From NCBI GenBank assembly GCA_041500865.1, contig JBGQMY010000003.1:11333-75332 (forward strand): 64,000 nucleotides of DNA, read 5' to 3'. The notes beneath the pieces are model-generated. The model saw only the letters and a list, made by a program, of their open reading frames with translations, had not been told where the DNA came from and ran no database searches. Made by a program: the position numbers and the translations under genes. Origin of the DNA: Candidatus Micrarchaeia archaeon (GTDB taxonomy: Archaea > Micrarchaeota > Micrarchaeia > Anstonellales > J096). Below, one piece after another: positions 46,825 to 55,641 of this stretch; the first letter of the stretch is position 1, and the number at the start of each line of letters is the position of its first letter.

Positions 46825-47507
46825 AAATAAAGATATTCCACAATCCGAAAAAGGGATGGGCAGGAAAGGCTGCCAGGGAGGTCGGGGCATACCTGGCAAA
46901 AAACGGACATGCAGCCTGCAAAAAGGGCGCTGGCGCGACAGTGATGATAGGCGGGGACGGGACCGTAATACACCACAAGAACGACATAGAGGGGATATTG
47001 ATAGGGATAGGCTCCAAAAGGTCGGGCATCTGCCAGCTCGGCAGGGACGGCTGGAAAGGCAGGATTGGGCGCATGCTGCACGCGAAGCCGGAAAAGCTGT
47101 TCATGCTGGAAGCGGACATAAGCGGAAGGAGATACGGCGTAATGAACGACATATCGATACGGTCCCCCGATTTCAGGGCCATCCACACAAGGGTTTCGTG
47201 CCCCTATGTTGACCAGGGCTTCTTCGGGGACGGCATAAACGTGTGCGGAAGGCTGGGTTCTACCGGCTACAACAGGTCGCTGTTTGGGCCGATAGTGCTC
47301 AGCAATGACGCCATTGCGATAGCGCCGATTGCGCCCATACTGCAGCAGCCCAACGCCCTTGTCATGCCTTTTTGCAGTATAAGCATAAGCTGCCTGGAGA
47401 GCGCGTGCTGTGTCATAGACGGCCAACACGTCGTTAAGATGGGCAAGTCGATTGAGGTGCGGAAAGGCAGAATGATATTGTACGGGAAGGACGGCCTAAG
47501 CCTGTAG
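46821..47507 (+). CDS. NAD kinase family protein
   Basis: GGDGT, ND, GDG, GSTGYNRSLFGP, IDG motifs. Confidence 0.8.
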   Translation: MKIKIFHNPKKGWAGKAAREVGAYLAKNGHAACKKGAGATVMIGGDGTVIHHKNDIEGILIGIGSKRSGICQLGRDGWKGRIGRMLHAKPEKLFMLEADISGRRYGVMNDISIRSPDFRAIHTRVSCPYVDQGFFGDGINVCGRLGSTGYNRSLFGPIVLSNDAIAIAPIAPILQQPNALVMPFCSISISCLESACCVIDGQHVVKMGKSIEVRKGRMILYGKDGLSL

Positions 47508-47541
47508 CCTGCCCCATAATTGTAAAGGATTGGCTATGTGC

Positions 47542-48294
47542 CTATGGCGCCGGCTCGCTGCCGGCCGCCCCCAGGATAAGCGCTGTGCCGATGATGTCTT
47601 CAAAAAGCAGGTTCAGCCTGTACCTCAAGCCGATTACGTCGTCCATTGACGGCGAAGAATCTTTGTCGAGCATCAGCGAAAGCTTCGGCTCGCCTTCCGT
47701 TTCAACCGAAATCTCCACGCCATCGCCGGCCTGCTTCATGGTTATCCTCTTTTTCCAGTTCTTGGGCCTGTCGGTTATGGTCATCGAGGAGTCGCATGCG
47801 TCGATAAAATAATATATTCCGTTTTCAGGCTGGATGTTCAGCGCCTCGTTCATCACCGCCTCGGCTATCAGCATGAATGCCCTGTTGGCGCTGTTTCTTT
47901 GCACGAATGAGCTCGTACGTCTCATGACTTTTACGACATCTGCCTCGTACGCCTTTTCCTTGCCTGGCTCGTTGAAGGAGGCGACTCTTTCAAGGGTCGG
48001 AAACAGGGATACCGCAGCCTCAGCGGTTTTTGCCTCTTGCTTTGGCTGGCCCGATGCCTGCTGCCCCGCAGCTACCGGAGAAACGGCCAGGAGCGAGCAC
48101 AGGACGAGCCTGCCTGCAAGCCTTGCCAGCCTGCCCTGCCTTTTTTTGCATTCATTCTTGAAAATGGAGATATTGTCCTTTTTCCGCGCCTTTTTCCAAA
48201 GGGCCGCCTTCTCCAGCCTTGCCACGCTATCATCTCCCCTTTGCCACTTGTTCGCCTTCGGTCTTTGGTGCCTTCTTCCTTGCCTTTGTCTCAA
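47542..48294 (-). CDS. Hypothetical protein with basic leader and signal-like segment
   Basis: 250-aa ORF; start uncertain (overlaps upstream ORF). Confidence 0.55.
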   Translation of the reverse strand: MRQRQGRRHQRPKANKWQRGDDSVARLEKAALWKKARKKDNISIFKNECKKRQGRLARLAGRLVLCSLLAVSPVAAGQQASGQPKQEAKTAEAAVSLFPTLERVASFNEPGKEKAYEADVVKVMRRTSSFVQRNSANRAFMLIAEAVMNEALNIQPENGIYYFIDACDSSMTITDRPKNWKKRITMKQAGDGVEISVETEGEPKLSLMLDKDSSPSMDDVIGLRYRLNLLFEDIIGTALILGAAGSEPAP

Positions 48295-48712
48295 CCAGCC
48301 TTTCCGCGCTTATGGCATGCGCCTTTTCCGTCACTTCCCTCAATTGCGCCGGAGTCAGCTCATTGCGGACAAGCACGACGTTCTGAGCGCCTTGGCTGTT
48401 TATGACTGCGAATATGCCTGTATGGGATACCTCTTTTGCCGCCATCCGTTCCTTTTCCTTATTCAGTTTTTCCACCATCTTCATCTTGCTGAAATTGTCG
48501 TGGTTCAGGCTTTCGCCCTTTCCAATGCCAAGGCTTTTCTTGAAATCGTCAACCGTCTTTATCTTGAAGTAAGACACGTAGTCGCGGTATTCGCTGGTTT
48601 GGATTGAGGGGAACTTTGGGCTATTTTCCTTATACAGGGACTTTGCAACATTGTCATATACTTTTTCCGGCTTTACAGCAACCTTCGTCGTGTCAGACAC
48701 CATGGATTTCAC
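48230..48712 (-). CDS. Hypothetical protein
   Basis: Lys-rich ORF with GGTGA before MVSDTT. Confidence 0.6.
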   Translation of the reverse strand: MKSMVSDTTKVAVKPEKVYDNVAKSLYKENSPKFPSIQTSEYRDYVSYFKIKTVDDFKKSLGIGKGESLNHDNFSKMKMVEKLNKEKERMAAKEVSHTGIFAVINSQGAQNVVLVRNELTPAQLREVTEKAHAISAERLVETKARKKAPKTEGEQVAKGR

Positions 48713-48785
48713 CTATAGCCATTTTGGCAGGAAAGAATTTTAAAACGCGGATGCGGATTGCTGGACAGGTGGATATGGACGCAAT

Positions 48786-48858
48786 TGGGCCCGCCCGGAT
48801 TCGAACCGGGGGTTTTCTGCGTGTAAGGCAGACGTCTTGACCGCTCGACTACGGGCCC
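48786..48858 (-). tRNA. tRNA-Val(TAC)
   Basis: GGGCCCG/CGGGCCC acceptor, loop CT-TAC-AC, GGTTCGAATCC. Confidence 0.93.
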
Positions 48859-48979
48859 TGTCTTATTCCATCTATGAGCCTGTTAGAGCCTTGGGTGCTT
48901 TTTCCAAGCCCAAGAGGACTACGGGCCCCCTCTTTTCATATGGCTAGTATTAGCCGCAATTAGAATTTAAAAGGGTTCC

Positions 48980-49483
48980 ATGCAACCAAGAACCATGCCG
49001 ATAACAACAAAGGCAGGGGACGACGGAAAGACCGGCACGCTCTCCGGCAAAAGGGTCAGCAAGTGCAGCAGCGAGATTGAGCTTTTCGGCGCCATTGACG
49101 GGCTCATTGCGATGCTGGGCTATGCGGCCGGCGAGCTCGGAAACGATGAGCTGCTCGCCATCCAAACCGAGATGGAGAGGATTTTCCGCAATGTGGCAAG
49201 GCTTGACGACATAGGCTCATCGTACGTAAAAAGCATTGAGGGAAAAATCGCGCAGAAGGAGAAGGCAGCAAAAAGCATAAGGGGCTTTGTGAGGCCCATG
49301 GGCAAGAGCGCGCTTGCGCACCTTTGCAGGGAATGCGCAAGAAACGCGGAAAGGAAGGCTGTCTGCGCATACGAGAAAAAGGGGATGGCGAACATAACCG
49401 TTTATTTGAACAGGCTCTCAGACTACATATTCCTGATAGCGTGCGAAGAGGCAATAAAGAGGAACGAGCTCAGCTTTTTTTAG
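48980..49483 (+). CDS. PduO-type ATP:cob(I)alamin adenosyltransferase
   Basis: TTKAGDDGKT, RNAER, YLNRLSDYIF. Confidence 0.88.
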   Translation: MQPRTMPITTKAGDDGKTGTLSGKRVSKCSSEIELFGAIDGLIAMLGYAAGELGNDELLAIQTEMERIFRNVARLDDIGSSYVKSIEGKIAQKEKAAKSIRGFVRPMGKSALAHLCRECARNAERKAVCAYEKKGMANITVYLNRLSDYIFLIACEEAIKRNELSFF

Positions 49484-49745
49484 CGCTTGCCTTCTTCGGC
49501 TCAGGCGCTGCCTTCTTGGTTTCCCTGTCGACCATGTTCCTGAGGTGCTGTACCGCCCACAGTATGCCGCCGAACAGGAAAAGGTAAACCACGTTTATGT
49601 TGAGGCCGAGGAACGTGGCCCCCTGCGGGAACATTATGCCGGATGCCAAGGCGAAAAATGCGGAAACTACCGCTCCCAAGAGGCAGAGCGCGCTTATCAC
49701 GAGGAAAAAGAGCCTCGCGTCCGTTTTCTCAAACATGCTTATCAC
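49470..49745 (-). CDS. Small two-TM membrane protein
   Basis: Two hydrophobic segments and a basic tail. Confidence 0.6.
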   Translation of the reverse strand: MISMFEKTDARLFFLVISALCLLGAVVSAFFALASGIMFPQGATFLGLNINVVYLFLFGGILWAVQHLRNMVDRETKKAAPEPKKASAKKS

Positions 49746-49828
49746 TTTTTTAGTCAGAAGCTACTCCGTTCATCATTAATCAGACTGGAACGGTCTCATC
49801 ATCCTGCATAATATGGGGTGCAAAGAGT

Positions 49829-50254
49829 TTATAAAGGTTGGCTGGCTTCGCCCTGCAGAATCCTCTTGTGGTCCGGCACCATGTTCATTACGTTTCCGTT
49901 GTCAAAGAACGCGCAGCCCAAAACCACGCCGTTGTGCGAAACGGCCACATAGCCGCGGGAGCACCATCCGTTTTTTGCGCTTATGTCCTTTCCGGAGCAG
50001 AAGGCCATTGCCTGCTCCCTGCCGACAAAAAGGACGTTGCGCGTGCACATCCACCCGAATGCCTGCAGGAAATCCGATGACGGTTTAAAGGCGCCGTTCT
50101 TTTTTCCGATTACTATGCCGCGCGTCTCCTCGTTCCTTGCATTAAATCCGTCAAGCGAGGACGCATAAACGACTGACTTGCCTGCGCCTGCCTCCTTTGT
50201 CGAAAGCCCTGGCACAAGGGTTATCCCGAAGCGGCTGAAAAGGTAGTCCTGCAT
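49829..50254 (-). CDS. PUA/Nip7-like protein
   Basis: FKPSSDFLQAFG..TRNVL..QAMAFCSGKD..GYVAV..LGC. Confidence 0.65.
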   Translation of the reverse strand: MQDYLFSRFGITLVPGLSTKEAGAGKSVVYASSLDGFNARNEETRGIVIGKKNGAFKPSSDFLQAFGWMCTRNVLFVGREQAMAFCSGKDISAKNGWCSRGYVAVSHNGVVLGCAFFDNGNVMNMVPDHKRILQGEASQPL

Positions 50255-50259
50255 TTGGC

Positions 50260-51450
50260 TCACTTTGAAACGGCCGAGCCTATGCCGCAGAAGCGCCACC
50301 GCTGGCCTATCCTCCTGCTTATGGCGATTTTGTCGCTTCCGAAGACGATTATGGGCCGCTTTAGCGAGATGGCAGCTATGCCCTTGTTGAGCTTCGCGAT
50401 TACGCCTACCGAGGTCGCGGAATGCACGTTTATCAGCAGCGGCTCCCCCATCCTGAGCGGGGCGTTGTCTATGTCCTTCCTGTCTATCAGCTCGTATTTC
50501 ATGCTTATTGAGGAAACCGGGTCGGGTATCGCGCCCTTTATGCTTATCGTGTTCCCTATCAGCGTGTCGGATTTGGTCAGCGAAGGGTCGAGGAACGTGC
50601 CCATGCCCACAAGGCCGCCTGGCCTTGCCTCCTCTATGCTCTCCTCCCCTGCCCTAAGGCCGGATATGGAGGTCTTAAGCGGCGTGAAGCTGTCCTCAGA
50701 GCCGTATCCCGGCTTTATCTCTATCTCGTCGCCAACCTTGAACGTTCCTTTCACGATGGCGCAGCCGAGCACGCCCCCTTTCAGGTTTTTTATCTCCTCG
50801 CCAGGCCTGTTAACGTCAAAGCTCCTTACGACGTATGCGACAGGGACATCCGATTTCTCCCTTTCAGACGCAACCATGGTCTTGTCAATCTGCTCGACGA
50901 GGTATTCCAGGTTAAGCGCATGCGGGGCCGAAATGGGCACTATTGGGGCGTTCTCGGCAAACGTGCCTTTCACGAATGCCTTTATCTCATTGTAATTTTC
51001 AATCGCCTTTTCCTTTGTCACCAGGTCTATCTTGGTCTGCACTATGATTATTTTCCTTACGCCCATCTTTTCCAGTATCATGAAATGCTCCTTTGTCTGC
51101 TCCTGCGGGCATTTTTCGCTTGCCGAAATCAGGAACAGCGCGCCGTCTATCACGCTTGATGCGGATATGGCGGTCGCCATGAGCGACTCGTGGCCCGGCG
51201 CGTCCACAAAGGAAAGTTTTCTTACGAAGCTGCACTTGCCGCCGCACTCAGGGTGCTTGTCAGAAACCCAGTATTTACCGCAGCTTTCGCACTTGTAGAT
51301 GTTCAAGTCGGCGTAACCGAGCTTTATCGTGATTCCCCTTTTCAGCTCCTCGCTGTGCGTGTCGGTCCATTTTCCTGTCAATGCCTTGACAAGCGTGGTC
51401 TTGCCGTGGTCCACGTGCCCGAAGAGACCTATGTTAAGCTCAGGTTGCAA
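50260..51450 (-). CDS. eif2g: Translation initiation factor aIF-2 gamma
   Basis: GHVDHGKTT, RGITIKLGY, DAPGH, TKID, RSFDVNRPG. Confidence 0.97.
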   Translation of the reverse strand: MQPELNIGLFGHVDHGKTTLVKALTGKWTDTHSEELKRGITIKLGYADLNIYKCESCGKYWVSDKHPECGGKCSFVRKLSFVDAPGHESLMATAISASSVIDGALFLISASEKCPQEQTKEHFMILEKMGVRKIIIVQTKIDLVTKEKAIENYNEIKAFVKGTFAENAPIVPISAPHALNLEYLVEQIDKTMVASEREKSDVPVAYVVRSFDVNRPGEEIKNLKGGVLGCAIVKGTFKVGDEIEIKPGYGSEDSFTPLKTSISGLRAGEESIEEARPGGLVGMGTFLDPSLTKSDTLIGNTISIKGAIPDPVSSISMKYELIDRKDIDNAPLRMGEPLLINVHSATSVGVIAKLNKGIAAISLKRPIIVFGSDKIAISRRIGQRWRFCGIGSAVSK

Positions 51451-51456
51451 GGCAAG

Positions 51457-51852
51457 TCACTCCTTCTTGGCTTCCTTTGGCTTAGGCGGCTTTGCGACAC
51501 TGTCTATCGCCACGCTGCCTTCAGTCACCGCGGTTGCGTTGACCTGGACGATTTCCTGGGTGTATGAGTCGCCCCTTACGGTCTTCTTGTGCCTCGCGCC
51601 CTTGTCCTTTGACTTGTAGCCTGGTCCAGACGAAAGCAGCGCCCTTTCCCTTCTCTGGCCGTGGATGTCATGCCTCATCGGTATTCCGCTCGTGTCGCTT
51701 CCGCCCCTGAGCCTTATTGTCCATCCCGCAAGCCCGATGAAGCCGGCGTCCAGCTCCTCGCCGACCTTCTTTCCGACAAGGAAGTGCTCCTTTTCCGCAG
51801 GAACCTCCACCTGGTATGTCTTTCCGCTTTTTGTGCCTATGTTTAATATCAT
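51457..51852 (-). CDS. rps6e: 30S ribosomal protein S6e
   Basis: GGSDTSGIPMR, KKTVRG, IVQVN. Confidence 0.95.
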   Translation of the reverse strand: MILNIGTKSGKTYQVEVPAEKEHFLVGKKVGEELDAGFIGLAGWTIRLRGGSDTSGIPMRHDIHGQRRERALLSSGPGYKSKDKGARHKKTVRGDSYTQEIVQVNATAVTEGSVAIDSVAKPPKPKEAKKE

Positions 51853-51941
51853 TGAATCGCCTTTGATGAAAGCAAAGTCTATGTTGGCAGTATTGTTTAA
51901 AAAGGTATGCGCATCGCCCCTGGATTGCGGTTTTTAACCCC

Positions 51942-51977
51942 TTCGTAAGGGGGAAGAATCCCCCTTGACGCTCAACC
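51942..51977. repeat. 36-bp hairpin element, copy 2
   Basis: TTCGT-AAGGGGGA-AGAA-TCCCCCTT-GACGCTCAACC. Confidence 0.7.
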
Positions 51978-52029
51978 CCCTCTTCATTAGGGTCTTGCTA
52001 GCCGTTTTTAATTTGTTCGCCGCATTAAT

Positions 52030-52734
52030 TTGATTATGGAACAGAGGCAGAAGCCCATCCGCGGAGCCATGCAAAAGGCGAAATCGCTGTTTTCAGGCAA
52101 GGCGAAGCCCGAAGGCGCGAGAAGGTTGAACGAGAAAGAGCAGAAGGAGTTGAATGACAGGCTCTTTGCCGCGATTTGGGATTATAAAAAATTATTAACT
52201 GACGAAATGCAAATCGAAACCCATATTGTAGCGCGTTATACTTCAAGGTCGCGCATCAGGAGGCTGTTGAGGCTTGGCGCAGACGTGGATGCAAAGGACA
52301 GCGGCGGCGAGACCCCGCTCACGCGGGCCGCATGGAAAGGCGATATGGACATTTGCAAAATCCTGATTGAAAACGGGGCAAACCTGGAGGCAAAAGACGC
52401 GTATTGGGGAGATACGGCATTGATGCTTGCTGCCCGCAATGGCAATCAGTATTTGGTTAAATACCTTGTTTCGCGCGGGGCTGATGTGAACGCAAGGAAC
52501 AATAATGGCGAAACGCCTTTGGTTCTGGCTGTTGGCGGCAGCACGACAAAGGAATGGAAGACTGTGCGTGTCCTTCTTCAGAGCGGCGCAAACCAGCTTG
52601 GAGCCGCTTTTATGCATGCCAGATTTGACGTGGCTGAATTGCTGAAAAATGCAATGATGAATCAGCTTGAAAATGTAATCGGAAAAGAAAGCTTCGCGCT
52701 GTTCATGCGCTCGTTCAGGGAATGCACTGCCTGA
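52030..52734 (+). CDS. Ankyrin-repeat protein
   Basis: GETPL/GDTALM repeats; C-terminal FMRSFRECTA; paralog of 53754-54488. Confidence 0.88.
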   Translation: MIMEQRQKPIRGAMQKAKSLFSGKAKPEGARRLNEKEQKELNDRLFAAIWDYKKLLTDEMQIETHIVARYTSRSRIRRLLRLGADVDAKDSGGETPLTRAAWKGDMDICKILIENGANLEAKDAYWGDTALMLAARNGNQYLVKYLVSRGADVNARNNNGETPLVLAVGGSTTKEWKTVRVLLQSGANQLGAAFMHARFDVAELLKNAMMNQLENVIGKESFALFMRSFRECTA

Positions 52735-52737
52735 TGT

Positions 52738-53664
52738 TCATTCCCCTTCTGTCATGCCCGCCTTAAGCGGCAGGCCCTGCCTCGGGACAAGCGTTTGGGC
52801 GTAATTGGAAAACAGCATTACGGCGGCGATGCCTGCCAGCAGGACCGCCAAGCCAGGCATTACTCCCATGCCGAGCACGCTCCATTTGCCCAGCGCAGTT
52901 TTCATCACCGATTCGTGGAACAGGAAGAGCGCGAACGTGGATTTCCCTGCAATGGAAAATGCGCTGCGGACGGCTTTGGAGCCGAAGTCCGGGACAAGCG
53001 AGAAAAGGAAAAACAATGCAAACGGCACTGCCATCACAGGATAGGCGATTGAAAGCAGCAATGGCGACAAAAGCCAAACGTCCCTCCTGCCGTGCGCCAG
53101 CGCGATGCCAAAGCAGAATTCAGCCATGAAGAACAGCGGCGAAAACGACGTTAGCGAACCGTCCATCAAGCGGATTGCGAGCGAAACGATTACGGCAAGC
53201 AGCAGGAAGGCAGGGAACCTCTTTGTCAGCAGGTTCAGGTAAGGATAGAGTATATACAGCCCTATCAGCGGCACCACGAACCATGATGGGCTGATGAGCG
53301 TGTATTGCACGGCACTGTCAATCCAGTTCATGAACGAGAAATGGAGCAGGATGTCGCCAATGGCCCCGGAATATACCTGTGTGCCGAAAAGAATGGCGAC
53401 AAGCAGCAAGGCAGGATAATAAAGCGAGGATATCTTCAGCCAGCGCCTGAAAATCCATCCCAAGTCAAACGAAACAAGGCCCGGATAGCGCATGGCAAGC
53501 GCGAAGCCGCTTATGATGAAGAACAGCGAGGCGCCGATGAACCCGTAAGGCCTCAGCCCGGAATCAAGCGTGAACTCGTATGCCACGTGAAAACCGATTA
53601 TGAGGAGTATGGCGACAACCCTGGCGAAATCCAGCCACACTATCCTGTTATCGGGATTGGGCAT
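52738..53664 (-). CDS. Acyltransferase family 3 (OafA-like)
   Basis: RIVWLDFARVVAILLIIGFH, LFFIISGF; multi-TM. Confidence 0.88.
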   Translation of the reverse strand: MPNPDNRIVWLDFARVVAILLIIGFHVAYEFTLDSGLRPYGFIGASLFFIISGFALAMRYPGLVSFDLGWIFRRWLKISSLYYPALLLVAILFGTQVYSGAIGDILLHFSFMNWIDSAVQYTLISPSWFVVPLIGLYILYPYLNLLTKRFPAFLLLAVIVSLAIRLMDGSLTSFSPLFFMAEFCFGIALAHGRRDVWLLSPLLLSIAYPVMAVPFALFFLFSLVPDFGSKAVRSAFSIAGKSTFALFLFHESVMKTALGKWSVLGMGVMPGLAVLLAGIAAVMLFSNYAQTLVPRQGLPLKAGMTEGE

Positions 53665-53753
53665 TGCACATATATGCGGGATAACGGTTTTATCCCTTTC
53701 CTTTTTCCAAGTGATAAAAAAGAGCCGGATTTTTAACCCCTTTTGAGCATAAT

Positions 53754-54488
53754 TTGATTATGAAGCAGAAGGAAAGGCAGGAAAGCCATGTATTCCTGCA
53801 AAAGTCGAAATCGCTGTTTTCGCGCAAGGCAAAGCCAGAATCAGCAAGAAAGCTAAACGAGAAAGAACAAAAGGATTTGAATGACATGCTCTTTGCAGTG
53901 ATTTCAAAGCATAAAAAATTTACAGAGGATGCCACCTCTTATGAGCCTGCCCAAATCCACATTGTATCATATCCTATATCAATTATCCGAATCAAGAGGC
54001 TGCTTAAAGCCGGAGCGAATCTTGAAGCAAGGGACAATGAAGGCAGGACTCCGTTAATGTATGCTATATTTACTGAGCATATGGACATCTCCAAAATTCT
54101 TGTTGAAAATGGCGCAGAGATTGAGGCAAAGAACAATGACGATATGACAGCACTGATGTTTGCTGCAGCCTCAGGTAATCATAAGATAGCTAACTATTTA
54201 ATTTCGCGGGGGGCAGACGTAAATGCAAAAGATAGAAATGGTCATACCCCATTGGTTTTGGCTGTCCATAATGACTTTGTTAGATCTGGCAGCGGCCACA
54301 ACATCCTTAAAACCGCCAAGATCCTGATAAAGAACGGGGCCATAATAGGCCAGAATGCACTCATGTGCGCGGGTAGGGATAAAACGATTGAGTTTCTTAA
54401 AAAAGCAATGCTGGCCCAGCTCGAAAAACAGATGGGAAAACAAAATTTCTCGCTGTTTATGCAATCTTTTAAGGAATGCACTGCCTGA
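53754..54488 (+). CDS. Ankyrin-repeat protein
   Basis: GRTPLMYA repeats; C-terminal FMQSFKECTA. Confidence 0.88.
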   Translation: MIMKQKERQESHVFLQKSKSLFSRKAKPESARKLNEKEQKDLNDMLFAVISKHKKFTEDATSYEPAQIHIVSYPISIIRIKRLLKAGANLEARDNEGRTPLMYAIFTEHMDISKILVENGAEIEAKNNDDMTALMFAAASGNHKIANYLISRGADVNAKDRNGHTPLVLAVHNDFVRSGSGHNILKTAKILIKNGAIIGQNALMCAGRDKTIEFLKKAMLAQLEKQMGKQNFSLFMQSFKECTA

Positions 54489-54519
54489 TTTTTAAAACGT
54501 TCCGGGGACAACTACAAAC

Positions 54520-54603
54520 GCCAGGGTGGCAGAATCCGGTAATGCGCCAGACTTGAGATCTGGTGCCCGCAAGGGCTCAGGGGTTCAAATCCCCTCCCTG
54601 GCG
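54520..54603 (+). tRNA. tRNA-Ser(TGA)
   Basis: GCCAGGG/CCCTGGC acceptor, long variable arm GCCC-GCAA-GGGC. Confidence 0.95.
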
Positions 54604-54757
54604 AAGCCCCTTTTCTTCGCGAAGAAAAGGTCCTTGGGTTCAAAAGAAGGCGTTTTGTAAAAGCCCAGGGAAAAACCGACGCATCAACCGTTTTTCGCCG
54701 AAGCCTTTTTTCAAAAGGCTTCGCGGAAAGAAAAGCTATTTTTGGCGCCTGTGGGCG
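54604..54757. repeat. Modular palindromic repeat array 3' of tRNA-Ser
   Basis: Contains four modules seen separately at 500-672, 19210-19370, 23826-23899, 62490-62640. Confidence 0.75.
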
Positions 54758-54758
54758 C

Positions 54759-55553
54759 TTATTGCCTCAGCAGTTTTTCAGCAGCGTCTAGTTGCTCTTT
54801 TGTACCCCTGACTACAAGCGTGCCGTCGTCCTCTCTTGTTACTGTCATTTGTGCGGGCTTTGCTTCAAGCGCCCGCGCCCCCTTCGGGGTCCCACCCAAC
54901 GACGCCACCCCGAGAAGCGCGGACGACCCGTTGTTGAGGTTGACGTTCCTCCTGAAGTAGTAGTCGAGGAAGTTGTAGCCGCGGGCAACAGGGCCGACCC
55001 TCCCGGAACCATCAACCCGCCACAGACGGCTGGCTTGTGGGTTGCGGGAACCAATTTCCTTTCCTGTCGGTATGCCATGCTTGCCATCAAGAGGATACCA
55101 ACCGTCCTTTTCCGGGAAGTTGGGAATAATATCAATAACGTTTGATCTTATCATAATCTCCTTGCCGTCAATTTCAAGCGAGTAGTCCGGATGCTCTGAA
55201 ACCAGGATGGCGTTCTTCTCGCTTCCGTAGTCTCCTATTGGGAATATCCAGCGCTCCCTTGTTTCCGGGTCTGTGTATACGATTGCCTTAAGCTCCTTGC
55301 TGAACATCTTGCTCCTGTTGAATTCAGTTCTAGGCTCGACGTATGCGGCCATCGTGCCTGTCCAGCACGGAAAAACCTCAACTATTGATTTATATCCATC
55401 TCCTGCAAACGCCTTTTCCATCTTTGCGTTTGAGGCGATTATCATTCCCGTCTCTGCGACCCTTTGGATTGCAACTTTGGCTGAAACGCCCTCTTTGTAG
55501 GGTATGAATGCCTTTAAGCCCTTTTCACTTGTCAGTTGGACTGTTCCTGCCAT
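54759..55553 (-). CDS. Paralog of the DGR target protein with VR-like region (54903-54995)
   Basis: Shares FPxxDGxY..GxPxG..LWR..GS..VG...R...R..V......S...GVA with 8472-9383; run of NNC codons; CCCC-GAA-GGGG hairpin at 54879-54889. Confidence 0.8.
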   Translation of the reverse strand: MAGTVQLTSEKGLKAFIPYKEGVSAKVAIQRVAETGMIIASNAKMEKAFAGDGYKSIVEVFPCWTGTMAAYVEPRTEFNRSKMFSKELKAIVYTDPETRERWIFPIGDYGSEKNAILVSEHPDYSLEIDGKEIMIRSNVIDIIPNFPEKDGWYPLDGKHGIPTGKEIGSRNPQASRLWRVDGSGRVGPVARGYNFLDYYFRRNVNLNNGSSALLGVASLGGTPKGARALEAKPAQMTVTREDDGTLVVRGTKEQLDAAEKLLRQ

Positions 55554-55641
55554 GGATATGGCTGTGCATCAAAGTCCTTTTAAATTTATCTTTGAACACG
55601 TTTTACCACAGTTGGCAGGAGGTTAGCAACGTGGCATATTA

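Noticed and set aside
45119..47429. Long antisense ORFs (45119-46327 +, 46353-47429 -) and similar shadows elsewhere
   Set aside because: Fully overlap well-supported genes on the opposite strand and have no recognisable motifs
48980..49483. Helical-bundle protein as a trans-acting Avd
   Set aside because: Carries clear PduO adenosyltransferase motifs
54903..54995. Second VR as a direct target of the TR at 8204-8292
   Set aside because: About 18 non-adenine mismatches and a 3-nt indel
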